Source of the DNA: Anolis carolinensis | Taxonomy: Eukaryota | NCBI RefSeq assembly: GCF_035594765.1 | Contig: NC_085846.1 | Coordinates: forward strand, 7,551,190 to 7,615,189 | Length of the DNA stretch: 64,000 nt | Direction: 5' to 3' | Shown: positions 47,318-59,400 of the stretch, in pieces | How the letters are laid out: the number at the start of each line of letters is the position of its first letter | How positions within the stretch are numbered: position 1 is the first letter of the stretch | Translations under genes and position numbers: made by a program | Notes under the pieces: model-generated | What the model was told of the DNA's origin: nothing | What the model saw: the letters and a program-made list of their open reading frames with translations, nothing else | The model's database searches: none

Positions 47318-48642
47318 GGGTTGCTGTGAGGTTTCCAGGTTGCATGGCTATGTTCCAGAAGCATTCTCTCCTAACGTTTCGCCCACATCTATGGCAAGCA
47401 TCCTCAGAGGTGGTGAGGTCTGTTGGAAACTAGGCAATTGGGGTTTACTGTATATACTCGAGTATAAGCCTAGTTTTTCAGCCCCCTTTTTAAGACTGAA
47501 AAAGCCCCCCTCGGCTTATACTCAGGTGAGGGTCCTGGTTGGCTTATATTTGGGTCAGCTTATACTCGAGAATCTCCTGCCAACCTAGCAGTTCGAAAAC
47601 ATGTCAATGTGAGTAGATCAATAGGTACCGCTCCGGAGGGAAGGTAACGGCACTCCATGCAGTCATGCCGGCCACATGACCTTGGAGGTGTTTACGGAGA
47701 ACGCCGGCTCTTCGGCTTAGAAATGGAGATGAGTACCAACCCCCAGAGTCAGACATGACTGGACTTAACGTCAGGGGAAACCTTTACATTTACCCTATAC
47801 TCGAGAATATATGGTACATTTATTATTTTTCTCTATTATTATTGATATTATTACATTTATTATTTTTCTCTATTATTGTTTCTACTATTACATTTATTTT
47901 ACTCTATTTTTATTATTAATAATAATACATTTATTATTTCACTCTGGTCTTATTATTATTATTATTATATTGTATGACACAGCAAACAAGATAGATATGC
48001 TGGATTTCATATCACAAAATCACAAGTCGAACACTTCCCAAGTGTCTAGGACTGTGTGATGTATTTTCGGATGATGTGTGCAGATCCCAGTAGGGTGGCC
48101 TTTTGCAGTTGACAGATTGTAATTTTGTCAATGTCTCTTGTTTCCAAATGCCGGCTGATATCTTTTGGCACAGCACCCAATGTGCCGATCACCACCGGGA
48201 CCACCTGCACTGGTTTCTGCCAGAGTCTTTGAAGTTCAATCTTGAGGTCCTGATAGCGGCTGAGTTTTTCCTGTTGTTTTTTGTCAATGCGACTGTCACC
48301 TGGGATGGCGACATCAATGATCCAAACCTTTTTCTTTTCCACAACTGTGATGTCTGGTGTGTTGTGTTCCAGAACTTTGTCAGTCTGGATTCGGAAGTCC
48401 CACAGTATCTTTGCGTGCTCATTCTCCAATATTTTTGCAGGTTTGTGATTCCACCAGTTCTTTACTGCTGGGAGGTGGTACTTGAGGCATAAGTTCCAAT
48501 GAATCATTTGGGCCACATGGTTGTGCCTCTGTTTGTAGTCTGTCTGTGCAATTTTCTTACAGCAGCTGATTTCACTCTGGTCTTATTATTATTGCATTTA
48601 TTATTTTACTCTATTTATTATTAAATGTATTATTTTCCTGTA

Positions 48643-48683
<41 letters not shown>

Positions 48684-50092
48684 ATGTATTATTTTACTCT
48701 ATTATTATTAAAAGGATACATAAGCATATTTACATGGAAGATGATGAGAATAATGATTTGATCAGAGTTGGACAGTCTTATCTTAAATTTGAGCTTTATG
48801 TAAATATTCAAAAACATTTAACCTACTGATGCCTCAATTAATGTAATTTTATTAGTATCTATTTTTATTTCTGAAATTTCCCACCCTCGGCTTATACTGG
48901 AGTCAATGTTTTCCCACTTTTTTTGCGGTAAAATTAGGTGCCTCGGCTTATATTCGGGTCGGCTTATACTCGAGTATATGCGGTATATATCTGTGGAATA
49001 ATATCCAGGCTGGGAGAAAGAACTCTTGTCTGTGAATGTTACAATTGGCCTTCCTGATTAGCATTTCATAGCCTTGTAGCTAGCAGTTTGAAAACATGCA
49101 AATGTGAGTAGATCAATAGGTACCGCTCCGGCGGGAAGGTAACGGGTCTCCATGCAGTCATGCCGGCCACATGACCTTGGAGGTGTCTATGGACAACACC
49201 GGCTCTTCAGCTTAGAAATGGAGATGAGCACCAACCCTAGAGTCGGACACGGCTGGAGTTAATGTCAGGGGAAAACCTCTACCAGCTTCAAAGCCTGGCT
49301 GATTCCTGCCTGGGGGATCCTTTGTTGGGAGGTGTTAGCTGGCCCTGATTGTTTTCCTGTCTGGAATTCCTCTGTTCTTTGAGCTTTGCTCTTTATTACT
49401 AACCTAATTTAAGAGTTTTTTCAATGCTGAGAAACAGATTTTGTTCAAGGAACGTGAAAGGCATTGCAGACTAACCCAACCAGAGAAGTGAGCCATAGCA
49501 GAACATTTGGTGAACCAACCTGGACACAGCATATTATCTGAGAACACACTTGATCTTAGCCAAAAGGCCGGGAAGCAATTTGAGAACACAGAAATGCTGG
49601 ACCACTCTAGCAACCACTGTGTCAGATTACACAGAGAAGCTGTTGAGATCCACATGCAGGTGGACAATTTCAACAGAAAGGAGAAAAACATGAAAATGAA
49701 CAAAATCTGGTTACCAGTATTATAAAACTCCAAAATCAGGACAGTAAATAAAGAACAACATTCAGAAAATGGGAATTCCAAACAGGAAACAATCAGGGCC
49801 AGCTAATACCTCCCAACAAAGGATTTCCCTAGGCAGGAAGCAGCCAGGCTTTGAAGCTACAAGGCTATTAAATGCTAATCAAGGTGATGAATTGCAACAT
49901 TCACACGGCTCCAACAGACAAAGAGTTCTTTCTCCCACCTGGATATTATTCCACGGATATCTAAACCCACTTGTCTAGTTTCCAGCAGATCTCACTGTCT
50001 CTGAGGATGCCTGCCATAGATGTGGGCGAAACGTCAGGAGATAACATGAGTCTACACTGCTTCTGGAACATGGCCATAAACTCACAGCAACC
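47318..50092. mobile_element. Penelope-like element (inverted pseudo-LTRs, GIY-YIG C-terminal remnant 49445-49725) hosting a nested MITE, two Sauria SINEs (47574-47795, 49078-49283) and an R4/Dong LINE (47960-48568)
   Basis: ERHCRLTQPEK*AIAEHLVNQPGHSI..FENTEMLDHS..RLHREAVEIH..DNFNRKE; TSD TATACTCGAGAAT around the first SINE; TTTCACTCTGGTCTTATTATT duplicated around the LINE. Confidence 0.85.
49998..50038 (+). ncRNA. Minimal hammerhead ribozyme motif, consensus copy
   Basis: tct-CTGAGGA(50001-50007)-T-GCCTGC-catagat-GTGGGC-GAAA-C-GTC(50033-50035)-agg. Confidence 0.6.
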
Positions 50093-51549
50093 CAATTAAA
50101 AGCAAATTAAGACAAAGCAAACTTAAACTTACACGAATGAAGTGTGTAGTTCTTCGGAGGCTGATGGACTACAATTCCTATCAAGCCTACGTACCGTGAA
50201 TCGGCAAGAATGATGGGGAGTCCTATCTAGAAATTACGCTTTTCCTTGAATTTACTTTCCCTCTTATATCTCATCTCTATGAGAACTACCGGTAGGTATC
50301 TTTCAATATTCCTAGCGATTGTTCTGTAACTTGAGTGCTTCTAAGCATAAGCAGAATGTTTTTCTTTGGAAACAGACTAAGTACGTCAGTTTTCAAGTGG
50401 AGGCGTTGGTTTTACAATTAGCTGGGCAAGATTTCCACAATTTGCCTGGGGAACTCCTTGTGCTGGGATGTTGTGCAGTTGCAGCACATGCAGCGTGTGT
50501 TTCCAAAGTGAGGTGTTTCAGAACAGTTGCCTCATGCCAGTCACTCCTCTTTCTGGATGGGGGTGTGTTGTTTTTTAATCCCAAGTCACACCACTTTTAT
50601 TTCTTGACAGGCTCAGAGTGGGTGTTTCTATGGTGCCACCCCTCTTTTCTTTCTTTAGCCCTTGAGCAGTGCTCTGTCCTGTATTAATTCCACTTCAAAT
50701 GCATTGACTACAGCCTGGGATTTGTAGTCTGGTTCTTCTTATATTTATTTATACTCCCCTTTCTTAAACAAGACTTTAAAGTGGCTCTAGAGCAGGCATA
50801 GGCAAACTTGGGCCCTCCAGGTGTTTTGGACTGCGAGTCCCATAATTCCTAACAGCCAGTAGGCCCAGGTTTGCCCATGCCTGGTCTTGGGAGCCTAATG
50901 GATTCTCCTTCTGTGGAGGCTTTTCAGCAAAGGCTGGATGGCCTTCTGTTGGGGGTGCTTGGATTGTGTTTTTCCCTGCCTGGCAGAAAAGGGTTGGACT
51001 AGATGGGCTTTGGAGATCCCTTCCAACTCTATAATTTGCAACTGTAGAAACTTTGCATTAGTTTTTTTCCCCATCCCAGCTGGGCTCCTGTATCTTTAAC
51101 AGAATGAGAAATCCAACCGGGAAAGCTCTTTCATCTGAAAGCAATGGACTGTCTTGGGAGTCCAATGGATTCTCCTTCTGTGGAGACTTTTCAGCAGAGG
51201 CTGGATGGCCATCTGTCGGAGGTGTTTAGAGTGTGTACTTTTCCCGCAAAGCAGAAGAGGGTTGGACTGGATAGCCCTTGTGGGTCCCTTCCAACTCAGT
51301 AATTTGCAACTATAGAAACTTTGGATTGCTGTGAGTTTTTTGGGCTATGTGGCAGTGTTCCAAAAGTATTCTCTCCTGACGTTTTGCCCACATCTATGTC
51401 AGGCATCCTCAGAAGTTGTGCTGTCTGTTGGACCTCAAAACCTCTGAGGATGCCTGCCATAGATGTGTCCTGATTTTTGACAACACGTTGCTTTTAACTA
51501 CTTATAGTTAGGCCTCTTTTCCATAGTACCCCTCAAGCAACCAGAAACT

Positions 51550-51852
51550 ACAAGTCCAATCATGTCCGACTCTGGGGGTTGGTGCTCATCTCCATTTCTA
51601 AGCCGAAGAGCCGGCGTTGTCCATAGACACCTCCAAGGTCATGTGGCCGGCATGACTGCATGGAGCGCCGTTACCTTCCCTCCGGAGCGGTACCTATTGA
51701 TCTACTCACATAGCATGTTTTGGTACTGCTAGGTTGGCAGAAGCTGGAGCAACAGCGGGCTCTCACTCCGTTCCCAGGATTTGAACCTGGGACCTTTTGG
51801 TCTGCAAATTAGGCAGCTCAGTGCTTTAACACACTTCACCATCGGGGCTCCT
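51550..51852 (-). mobile_element. Sauria SINE
   Basis: Near full-length reverse copy with tRNA-like head ending at GGGGCTCC. Confidence 0.8.
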
Positions 51853-52303
51853 TTGAGTCCCCTTCTACACTGCCATATAATTCAGTTTTTCAATTAATCC
51901 ACATTATCTGCTTTGAACTCCATTATATGGCAGTGTAGACTCATGTAATCGAGGCTCAATCAACACTGTCATATAATCCAGATTATCAAAGCAGATAATC
52001 CAGATTATTTTTGAACTGGATTATGAGTCTCCACTGCCATATAATGGAGTTCAGAGCAGATAGCCTGGATTTTATATGACAGTGTAGAACCAGCCTGAGA
52101 GTCTACTGTACCTATTTTGGGAATCTTAGAAATTGGTTCTAGTTTGGCCACCTTTGTGCAGGATTAGGCACAAAATAACCTTTTAGACATTGAACCTACT
52201 CCACACCCTCATTTTCTGGATTCCAAAGTCTCTCCTCATCCCCCCAAAAAACACACACAGAGACGCTTAGGGGAGAACACAGCTCTGGAAAGGGTCCTTG
52301 TTT

Positions 52304-52309
52304 TTTATT
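52304..52309 (-). terminator. FITM1: Probable FITM1 polyadenylation signal (AATAAA)
   Basis: TTTATT on the plus strand ~70 nt past the stop codon. Confidence 0.55.
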
Positions 52310-52377
52310 TCCCTCGGAAGGGATGCCGAACTCTTGCTACGCTTCTCTGCTGGCCATCTGGGCTTCTGGGAGGGGGT

Positions 52378-54252
52378 TCAGTTCCGTTTCTTGGCCTCTC
52401 CCGCCGCCCCTTTGACGAAGAGGCCTGCTCCGGGTCTGCCGGGAGACCATCGCCAGCGGTACCATCCCCGGTAGGTGAGGTACCAGCAGAGGGTGGCCAT
52501 GGCAGCCCCCACGACCTTGTGGCTGTATTCGTAGAGATACACCACGGTGCAAGCCAGGAGGAAGTTCCACAGGGCGAGGAGCAGGACGTTGAGGAGGAAG
52601 ATGAGCCGCAAAGGGATGCCGGCAGGCAGGCCCTGGGCCAGGTACCGCCGGAAGACGGAGGTCTCCTCCACCATCAGGAGGCAGCAGAAGGTGAGCAGGA
52701 AGGTGTGGCCGGAGACGTCGTAGCCGTGCCACTTGTGGCCTTTGTGGAGGCAGGACCACTTGTCCGGAAGCGTGTTGACCAGGATGCCTTCGGGCACAGA
52801 GTCAAAGCAGTAGCCCGTAAGGTTTTCTATGAGCAGGAAGGTCTCCGTGGCGCCCAACCAGAGCCCGGCCCCCACCGCCAGGCGGCACAGGTGGCGCACA
52901 GTGAGCAGGACCCGCCCAGTGGCCAGGTACACAACCAGCAGGATGAAGCCGCCCAGGAAGATGCACGTCCAGCCCCAGGCAGACCGGACAAATTTTCTGC
53001 AAAGCAAGGAGCACAAGAAGTAAAGGTGAATTTCCAAAAATTATAGCGGTGTAAACAAAAATCCCACTGCCTGCCCTTACTAAAAGGGATAGGAACTTTT
53101 GCAGCAAGTTAAACCCATTTGTGAAAGGGATTTAGGGGCCTTAGTAGTCTGCCAATTGAGCATGCGTCAACAGCATGATGCAACAGCTAAAAAAGCCAAT
53201 GTGCTTCTAAGCTGCATCAATAGTGTAGTGTCGAGTATAACCTCTTCTGCATTGGTCAGGCCTCTTCAGGAATAACCCTGTTTCCAGTTCTAGGCATCAG
53301 AATATGATATGGACAAGCTGGGATGTGTCCAGAGAAGGGCAATCAAAAGGGTAAAGAATCTCTATGAGAAGCAGCTTAGGAAGTTGGGGATGTTTATCTT
53401 GGAGAAAGGGCTGAGAGGGAACGTGCGAGCTATGTTTCAATATCTGAAAAGAGGTCTCATTGAGGAGGGGGCAATCTTGTTTTCTGCTGCTCTGGAGACA
53501 AGGACACAATACAGCAATGGATGCAAACTGCAGGAAAAAGATGAGAAAAGTTAAGAGTTATTCAACCATGGAATCTCCTGCCTGGGAGTCCCGTGGAGTC
53601 TCTCGGGAAGGTTTTCTGGAGGTTTTAAAGCAGAGGCTGGTTAACCAAGTAAAAACACCTGAAAAGGTTACAGTGGGAAAAAGTCATTTATGGAGTACCC
53701 AAAATGCACCAACCTTTAACATCATTATGTAATGGGACACTAGAGCAAAATTGTAGCACTAGACTCTGGAGGTAGCATTTGTTTTTTGGCTGGAAATGAC
53801 AGCTCCCCTGGATTAGGATTCATCGGGAAGATTCCCAGAGGCTGGGACTCAGCAAATCTGACGCTCAAGGACAGGATGACCTTACTCAGAATGCTTGGGA
53901 ATCTAAATGTGGGTTTTGATGCCACTTTTGCCTCTAAGGTGACCTCTTCCCCCACCCACGTAGTCCTTCCCTCTCCTTATAGATGCGAGGCTCCCAAGAT
54001 GACTCACATGTTAAAGAAGTTGTGATGATTGGCAAAGATCGCCCGCGGGTTCACATAGAACTGAAGCAGAGGGCCAAATATCACGACGGCCGCCAGCCAG
54101 AGGTGGTAAGCACGCCGGAGGAACGGCACCCCCAGCAGCCACGCAAACTGGTTGCTCCAAAAATTCACCAAGCCTCGGCAAAGGGCTTGAGCCCAGCCGG
54201 CCGCTGTGGCCAGCAGTGAGAAAGGCTTCTTGGGTTTGGATCCTTCTGCCAT
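52378..54252 (-). CDS. FITM1: Fat storage-inducing transmembrane protein 1, 287 aa, 2 exons
   Basis: Exon 1 54252-54008 (..RRAYHLWLAAVVIFGPLLQFYVNPRAIFANHHNFFN), exon 2 52996-52378 (KFVRSAWGWTC..SGHTFLLTFCCLLMVEE..WSPGRPG); phase-2 junction AT|A. Confidence 0.96.
53140..53640 (+). mobile_element. CR1 LINE fragment in the FITM1 intron
   Basis: DKLGCVQRRA..YEKQLRKLGMF remnants homologous to 29873-30238. Confidence 0.75.
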
Positions 54253-54553
54253 CTCACCCCAAGATCAGGGCCCTTGCACTGCACCCCAGAGATGCCCTGC
54301 TGCTGCCTCCTCCTCCTCCGTCCGGAGAGGAAGGGGAAAAGAGTTGAAGGGAAACCGTCACTGGGACTGACATTTGAAGACAGCTGTGAGGGATCAACTC
54401 TGAGGATAGAATGAACAGCTGATCAGGAGCAGAAGGATGAAACAGCCATGGGACGAGGGGGTGGGAAAGGACTGCCCCAAAGCGCATTTGGATTTTGAAC
54501 ACCAACTCCTTAAAAAAAAACACAACAAACCTGCAAAGAAAATTTCCGTAACT

Positions 54554-54559
54554 TTTATT
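54554..54559 (-). terminator. DCAF11: Candidate DCAF11 polyadenylation signal
   Basis: AATAAA on minus followed ~25 nt later by a GU/U-rich tract (plus AAAAAAAAACACAACAAAC 54512-54530). Confidence 0.5.
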
Positions 54560-55947
54560 TGACACAGACAGCAGTTTGCACAGGTGGATGGGAGTGTGCG
54601 GAACCCCACGAAAGGAGACGCTCCCCTTACATCTGGTCCTAGCAGCCCCCGCTTTGCTAAAGGGTCGGGAAGACGGTTCTCCCTACAAATGGAGAACCTA
54701 AGCTAGGCTGTTCCCGCCCCACCTACCCCAAACTTCAAAACAAGAACAGCTTATTTTACATATATTTTAAAGAAAACCTCATTGTACTGCACTTTCCCCA
54801 CCCACTTAATATCCACATTAGTGTCAGAGAAACAGGTGTAAAAACCCCAAAGGGAGAACAAAATAAATCAAAAGGAGCCTTCTATTTTGTCCCAGGAAAT
54901 GGGGACACAATTAGGGCAGGAAAGGGGGGGGGGCAGCCAGATGATTCTCATGGCCACCTCATAAGAAACCTGACACTTGTAAAGGTGGGGAGAGATCCTT
55001 GAAGAGGATTACTAGAGGAAAGGGGCAGATCTGATCTGGAGCCTGTGGTCAGTCAAGGACAACACGCAGAAGGAAAAGCTGGATATATGCTACAGGACAA
55101 GGCTTCCCCTTGGCCCAACTAACTGTCCCTTCTGCTGCAATCTATTTCTGTCTTTTTCTGCCCCCATTTGCAGAGAAGATAAAATATCTGCAAGCAGAGG
55201 GTAGTGGATGAGCTATATATGTGTCCTCCTCCATAGGACTTTTTTATTACTCCTAAGTCAAGGAGAAAGAGCTCCAGCCCCACAGAAGCACCCTGATGCT
55301 GAAAGAAAGGTAGTTGCTAAATATCTTCCCCCACTGACTCACTTGGCCCCAGAGAGGAAACGGTGCCCAAATGCTGCTTCTCCCTGTATTCCCCAAACCA
55401 GGCCAACTCTTAACATAGAACGTGGGGGGGGGGGGGGGACCCCTCCCCCTTTGTGCCTTTCATACAAAAACATCCAGCTAGCCTGGAACATATTACAACC
55501 CAACCCTAATAGGTAAGGGGTGGAGAAAAATACATGCCCTGGAATGCACAAAACCAAATTCGGTGGAGCAGTTTGGCTTTATACTTGTTCATGATTTTTT
55601 TTCAAAAAATTCCCTTGCAGACCAAGGAGGATTATTGAATTGCAAAACTCAATCCCAATGGCCTCCCTAAGAAGTTGCAATACATCCTAAGTTTACTTCC
55701 CCGCAGCTATCAGACTGAAAAGCAACACATAGAATGGTGCCTGCTTTCCCAGGCCTCACATTTTTCGATTTTCAGTAAGAAAAGAGCTACAATTTGATGG
55801 GGCGTGTGATGTCACCCCCCCTTCCCCTCCCCCATGACGTTTTCCAAGGCCACAGGCAATACAAGGTAGACTTTCCCCTCTTCCCTTCCCCTCCCTGCCC
55901 CACGGCAAGTCCACAATTGGAGAATGGCAGCAAGCAGCGAGGCAAGG

Positions 55948-56464
55948 CTACTGCTCAGCGGCTCCTGAGGATTTAGAGCGCAGCTCTCTGGTGCTAGGGA
56001 GTTGCTGGGGGTCTCCGAGATCATCTTCGTCGTACTCTGTTTGGTGGTACTCCCAGAGTCGTATGTTCCCATCCCACTATCAGGAGAAACAAATGGAAGA
56101 AGAAAAAGGAGGGGGAAAGGAGAGAAAATGATTAATCCATACCTGTTATTTTAGTATATCAAGTGTTTTAAAATTCTTCATTCATATGAACAACAATCCA
56201 GTTGTCCCTCCACATCTGAGCATTAAGCATCTGTGGATTCGATTATTCATGGATTTCTGCATTTGCTGCTGCCACCTCCACGGCTGCCTTATATGTGACT
56301 GAAAAAAAAATGTCCTCTGGCACTATTTTGTGGTCTACTTCTGCCAGAGAAAACACTTCACTGAGCATTTCTAGGTCCCCCAGCACAATTCTATGATCAA
56401 TTTCAATTGGAAACTAACCACAGAATCATGCAGCGGGACCTAGAAATGCCTATAATAAAATAAT

Positions 56465-56496
<32 letters not shown>

Positions 56497-59400
56497 CTTT
56501 ATTTTTGTATGCCGCCTCCATCTCCCTAATGAGGACTCGGAGCGGCTCACACGGGGACAAGCCCAATACAAATCACATAACAATATAAAATCAAACAGTT
56601 AAAACAACAAGCATCACATTTAAAAACAAATTAAACAGGTCATAGTTTAAAAAACATAATTAAGAGCAGGAAATATAAACAATCATCCACAGCATTAAAA
56701 GGTCCAATATGGACATAAAGAAGTGTTCTTTCAGGATAAACAGATAGTGTTCACAACATTTTATATATTTTTCCATTTTCACAGAGATCCTATACTCCTA
56801 AACTCTGCAAAGATTAAGGGGTAGACTCTACTGAGCGAAACGCCTTTTTGGAGATAGGAAAGCATGAAACAGAATTGGGCAACTCCACAGAGTCCAGGGA
56901 CCGATGTCCACACGTCACTCAGAACCAAAGACTCGGTTTCCTCTGCAGTCCTTCTCAAAATGGCAGCCAGATAGGATGTTGTGTCTAAACCACCCAAAAT
57001 AGCAAGGAAAGATCAGCTGAAGGTGTCTTGCCCCAGGTTCCATCTTATTTTGAGGCCAAGTCAGACTTTCTTTGTTTGCTACCCCTTTCCTGCACAATTC
57101 TGCCTTTCACAAGCTGCACATTAAATATCCTCCTTTCACCCACTCCCCCCCTTGTAGGGAATTCTACAGAGTGATCAAAGGTAGCTCCTTCCATTATGCT
57201 TTCAGGTCATATCTTATCTTAGATGTCTGTTGTTGGTTATTAGGAGCTGCCTTGGAACAACAATCTGAAGGGAGAAATGCACACTGGCTCCTCCCTAAGT
57301 GTGTTGTTGCATAGACACTGGGCAGACACTCCCCTTCAGAGGCAAGGAAGCACTGGGAAGGATCAGAATTGAAGCAGGAGGTTTTTAAGGAGGAATGGAG
57401 GAGTAGTAATGCTGGAAAAGGCAAGCAGACCCTTGCTTCTGACCTCTATTCTGAGAATTTCTGGGAAAATGGGTTCAGCCAACTTCCTTGCCCTCCACCC
57501 TAGTAATTCCTTCCCAATACTTGCCGAGCTGCTGACAATCTTCTCCTCGTAGGGGTGCCAGCTGACGTCTCGGACACAAGCCTTGTGGTTGGTTAGCTTC
57601 TTCACAATATGGCCAGTCAGGAGGTCATATACTGAAAAGGAGGGGAAAAGTGAGATGCTAATACACTCAAGGTTGCCTCTTGTCCCTGTTCCTTCCACTG
57701 CAGTTGTTCAATATTAAAGAGATGAACTGGACACTCACTGGGTGACCTTGAGCAAGTCACATACACTCTGAGTCCCACAGGAAGGTCATGCCAAAACACT
57801 CTGAACAAATCTTGCCAAGAAAACTCCATGAAAGGTTCATACCATAAGTTGGAAACAACTTGAAGACAGACAACACATTCATCCCAATCTTGACAGCCAC
57901 AAGAGTTAGAAAATTGCTAATCTCTCTCCAAGAAAAAGAAACAAGGCTTTCCTTGCATACCAAAAGGCAGTGTAAAGTATACAAAGAAAACACCATACTT
58001 CTACAGAAATGTAAACTAATTCCTTCTGCTCTGCACAGCCTAGGTGCCGATCCTCTTCCCTCCTCTCTACCCATCCCTCCTCTATTCCCAGGCTACTCAC
58101 CAACGACTTTCCCAGTGGAGCAGCCACTATAGATGTATTGCTGGCCAGTACTTTGAGGTGGTGAGAAACGACAGCGGATGAGCGTATGGAGCACCCCGTG
58201 GCCTCGATAGGTCATGAGGGAGGTGTCGCCAGGAAGTTTGGACTTGCGACGTGCTGAGTGGGGCAAAAAAAGAGGGAAAAGGGCAGATAAGGGTGGATTC
58301 CTCCACAGAACTCCCACCTCCCGCCCTTTCAAAGATGAAAATGCTAAGGAAATAAACGTGTAAAGGAAAATGGGAAGGTGTCTTGCCCTTCTACCCACCT
58401 TTTTTGGGCACCTGCTGCCAACGATAATCCCAGTTCTGTTGGGTGACGGCTTGGCGGGAGGCTTCTAGTCCCTCATTGCCAGAGAACTTCCGCATGTCCC
58501 ACAGCTTAATCGTCTGGTCCTTCGAGTTAGAGATGAGATACCGCGCGTCGCCCTGGAGAAAGAAGAAAACCTCTGTTTTCAGGAAACTTAATATCCACCC
58601 CCACCCTCATGGGCAAAGGAAAGCAAAGTTATGGCAGTCCAAATATTTTCAGGCTGCAACTATAATCAGGCCTGACAAACCACAGCAATATTGAGAAATG
58701 CTGGGAGTTACAGTAACAATATCTGAAGGACGCAGGTTTGCTCACTCCTGCTACAAGCACAATGACATTTTCCCCTACACAGTACAGACATCTATGATGG
58801 CAGATTCTCTCCAATTAAAGGCACCATGGCTTTAGGTTACTTTTCTTTGTATGACCATCTAGGCATAAAAGGAATACAGGTATACTATCTCCATTACTAA
58901 AGTAGATACTTTCATGGGTATTCCTTCTTTAACAGAAATTTTGATATCAGAGGCAGAAATGATATAGAAAGAATAGGGACAAATTTCTGTACCACAAAAG
59001 AACACAGTTCTATGTGTTTCGGTAGACTTTTTTTTTCAAAACGAACAAAATACACATGTGAAATGACACAAAAGGTGGCAAAAGCCATGCATTAAGTAAA
59101 AACATTTTGGAACCTCTAGAGGCTGAAGGGTTCTTCTAAAATGTTTTTGGCAATGGGCTTTAGATTGATTTCTATTATTGTGTCCAAACTTCGAGATCTA
59201 TCTTTTTTTAATATGTTGGGAGATATGATGAGGCAGACTCATCTGCTTTCCTCTTTGGCGTTTTGCTATTCATGTATTCTCAGTAAGGGATTCTGGAAGC
59301 AGCAGAAGTTTACACCTTGCCATCATCATCACCATTATTACTATGATTTCTATCCCAAATGAGGACTCAAAACACCCGACAACTTTAAAAAAAAACCCAG

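Noticed and set aside
52337-53107. Long alternative-frame and antisense ORFs over FITM1 exon 2
   Set aside because: Expected shadows of a GC-rich coding exon.
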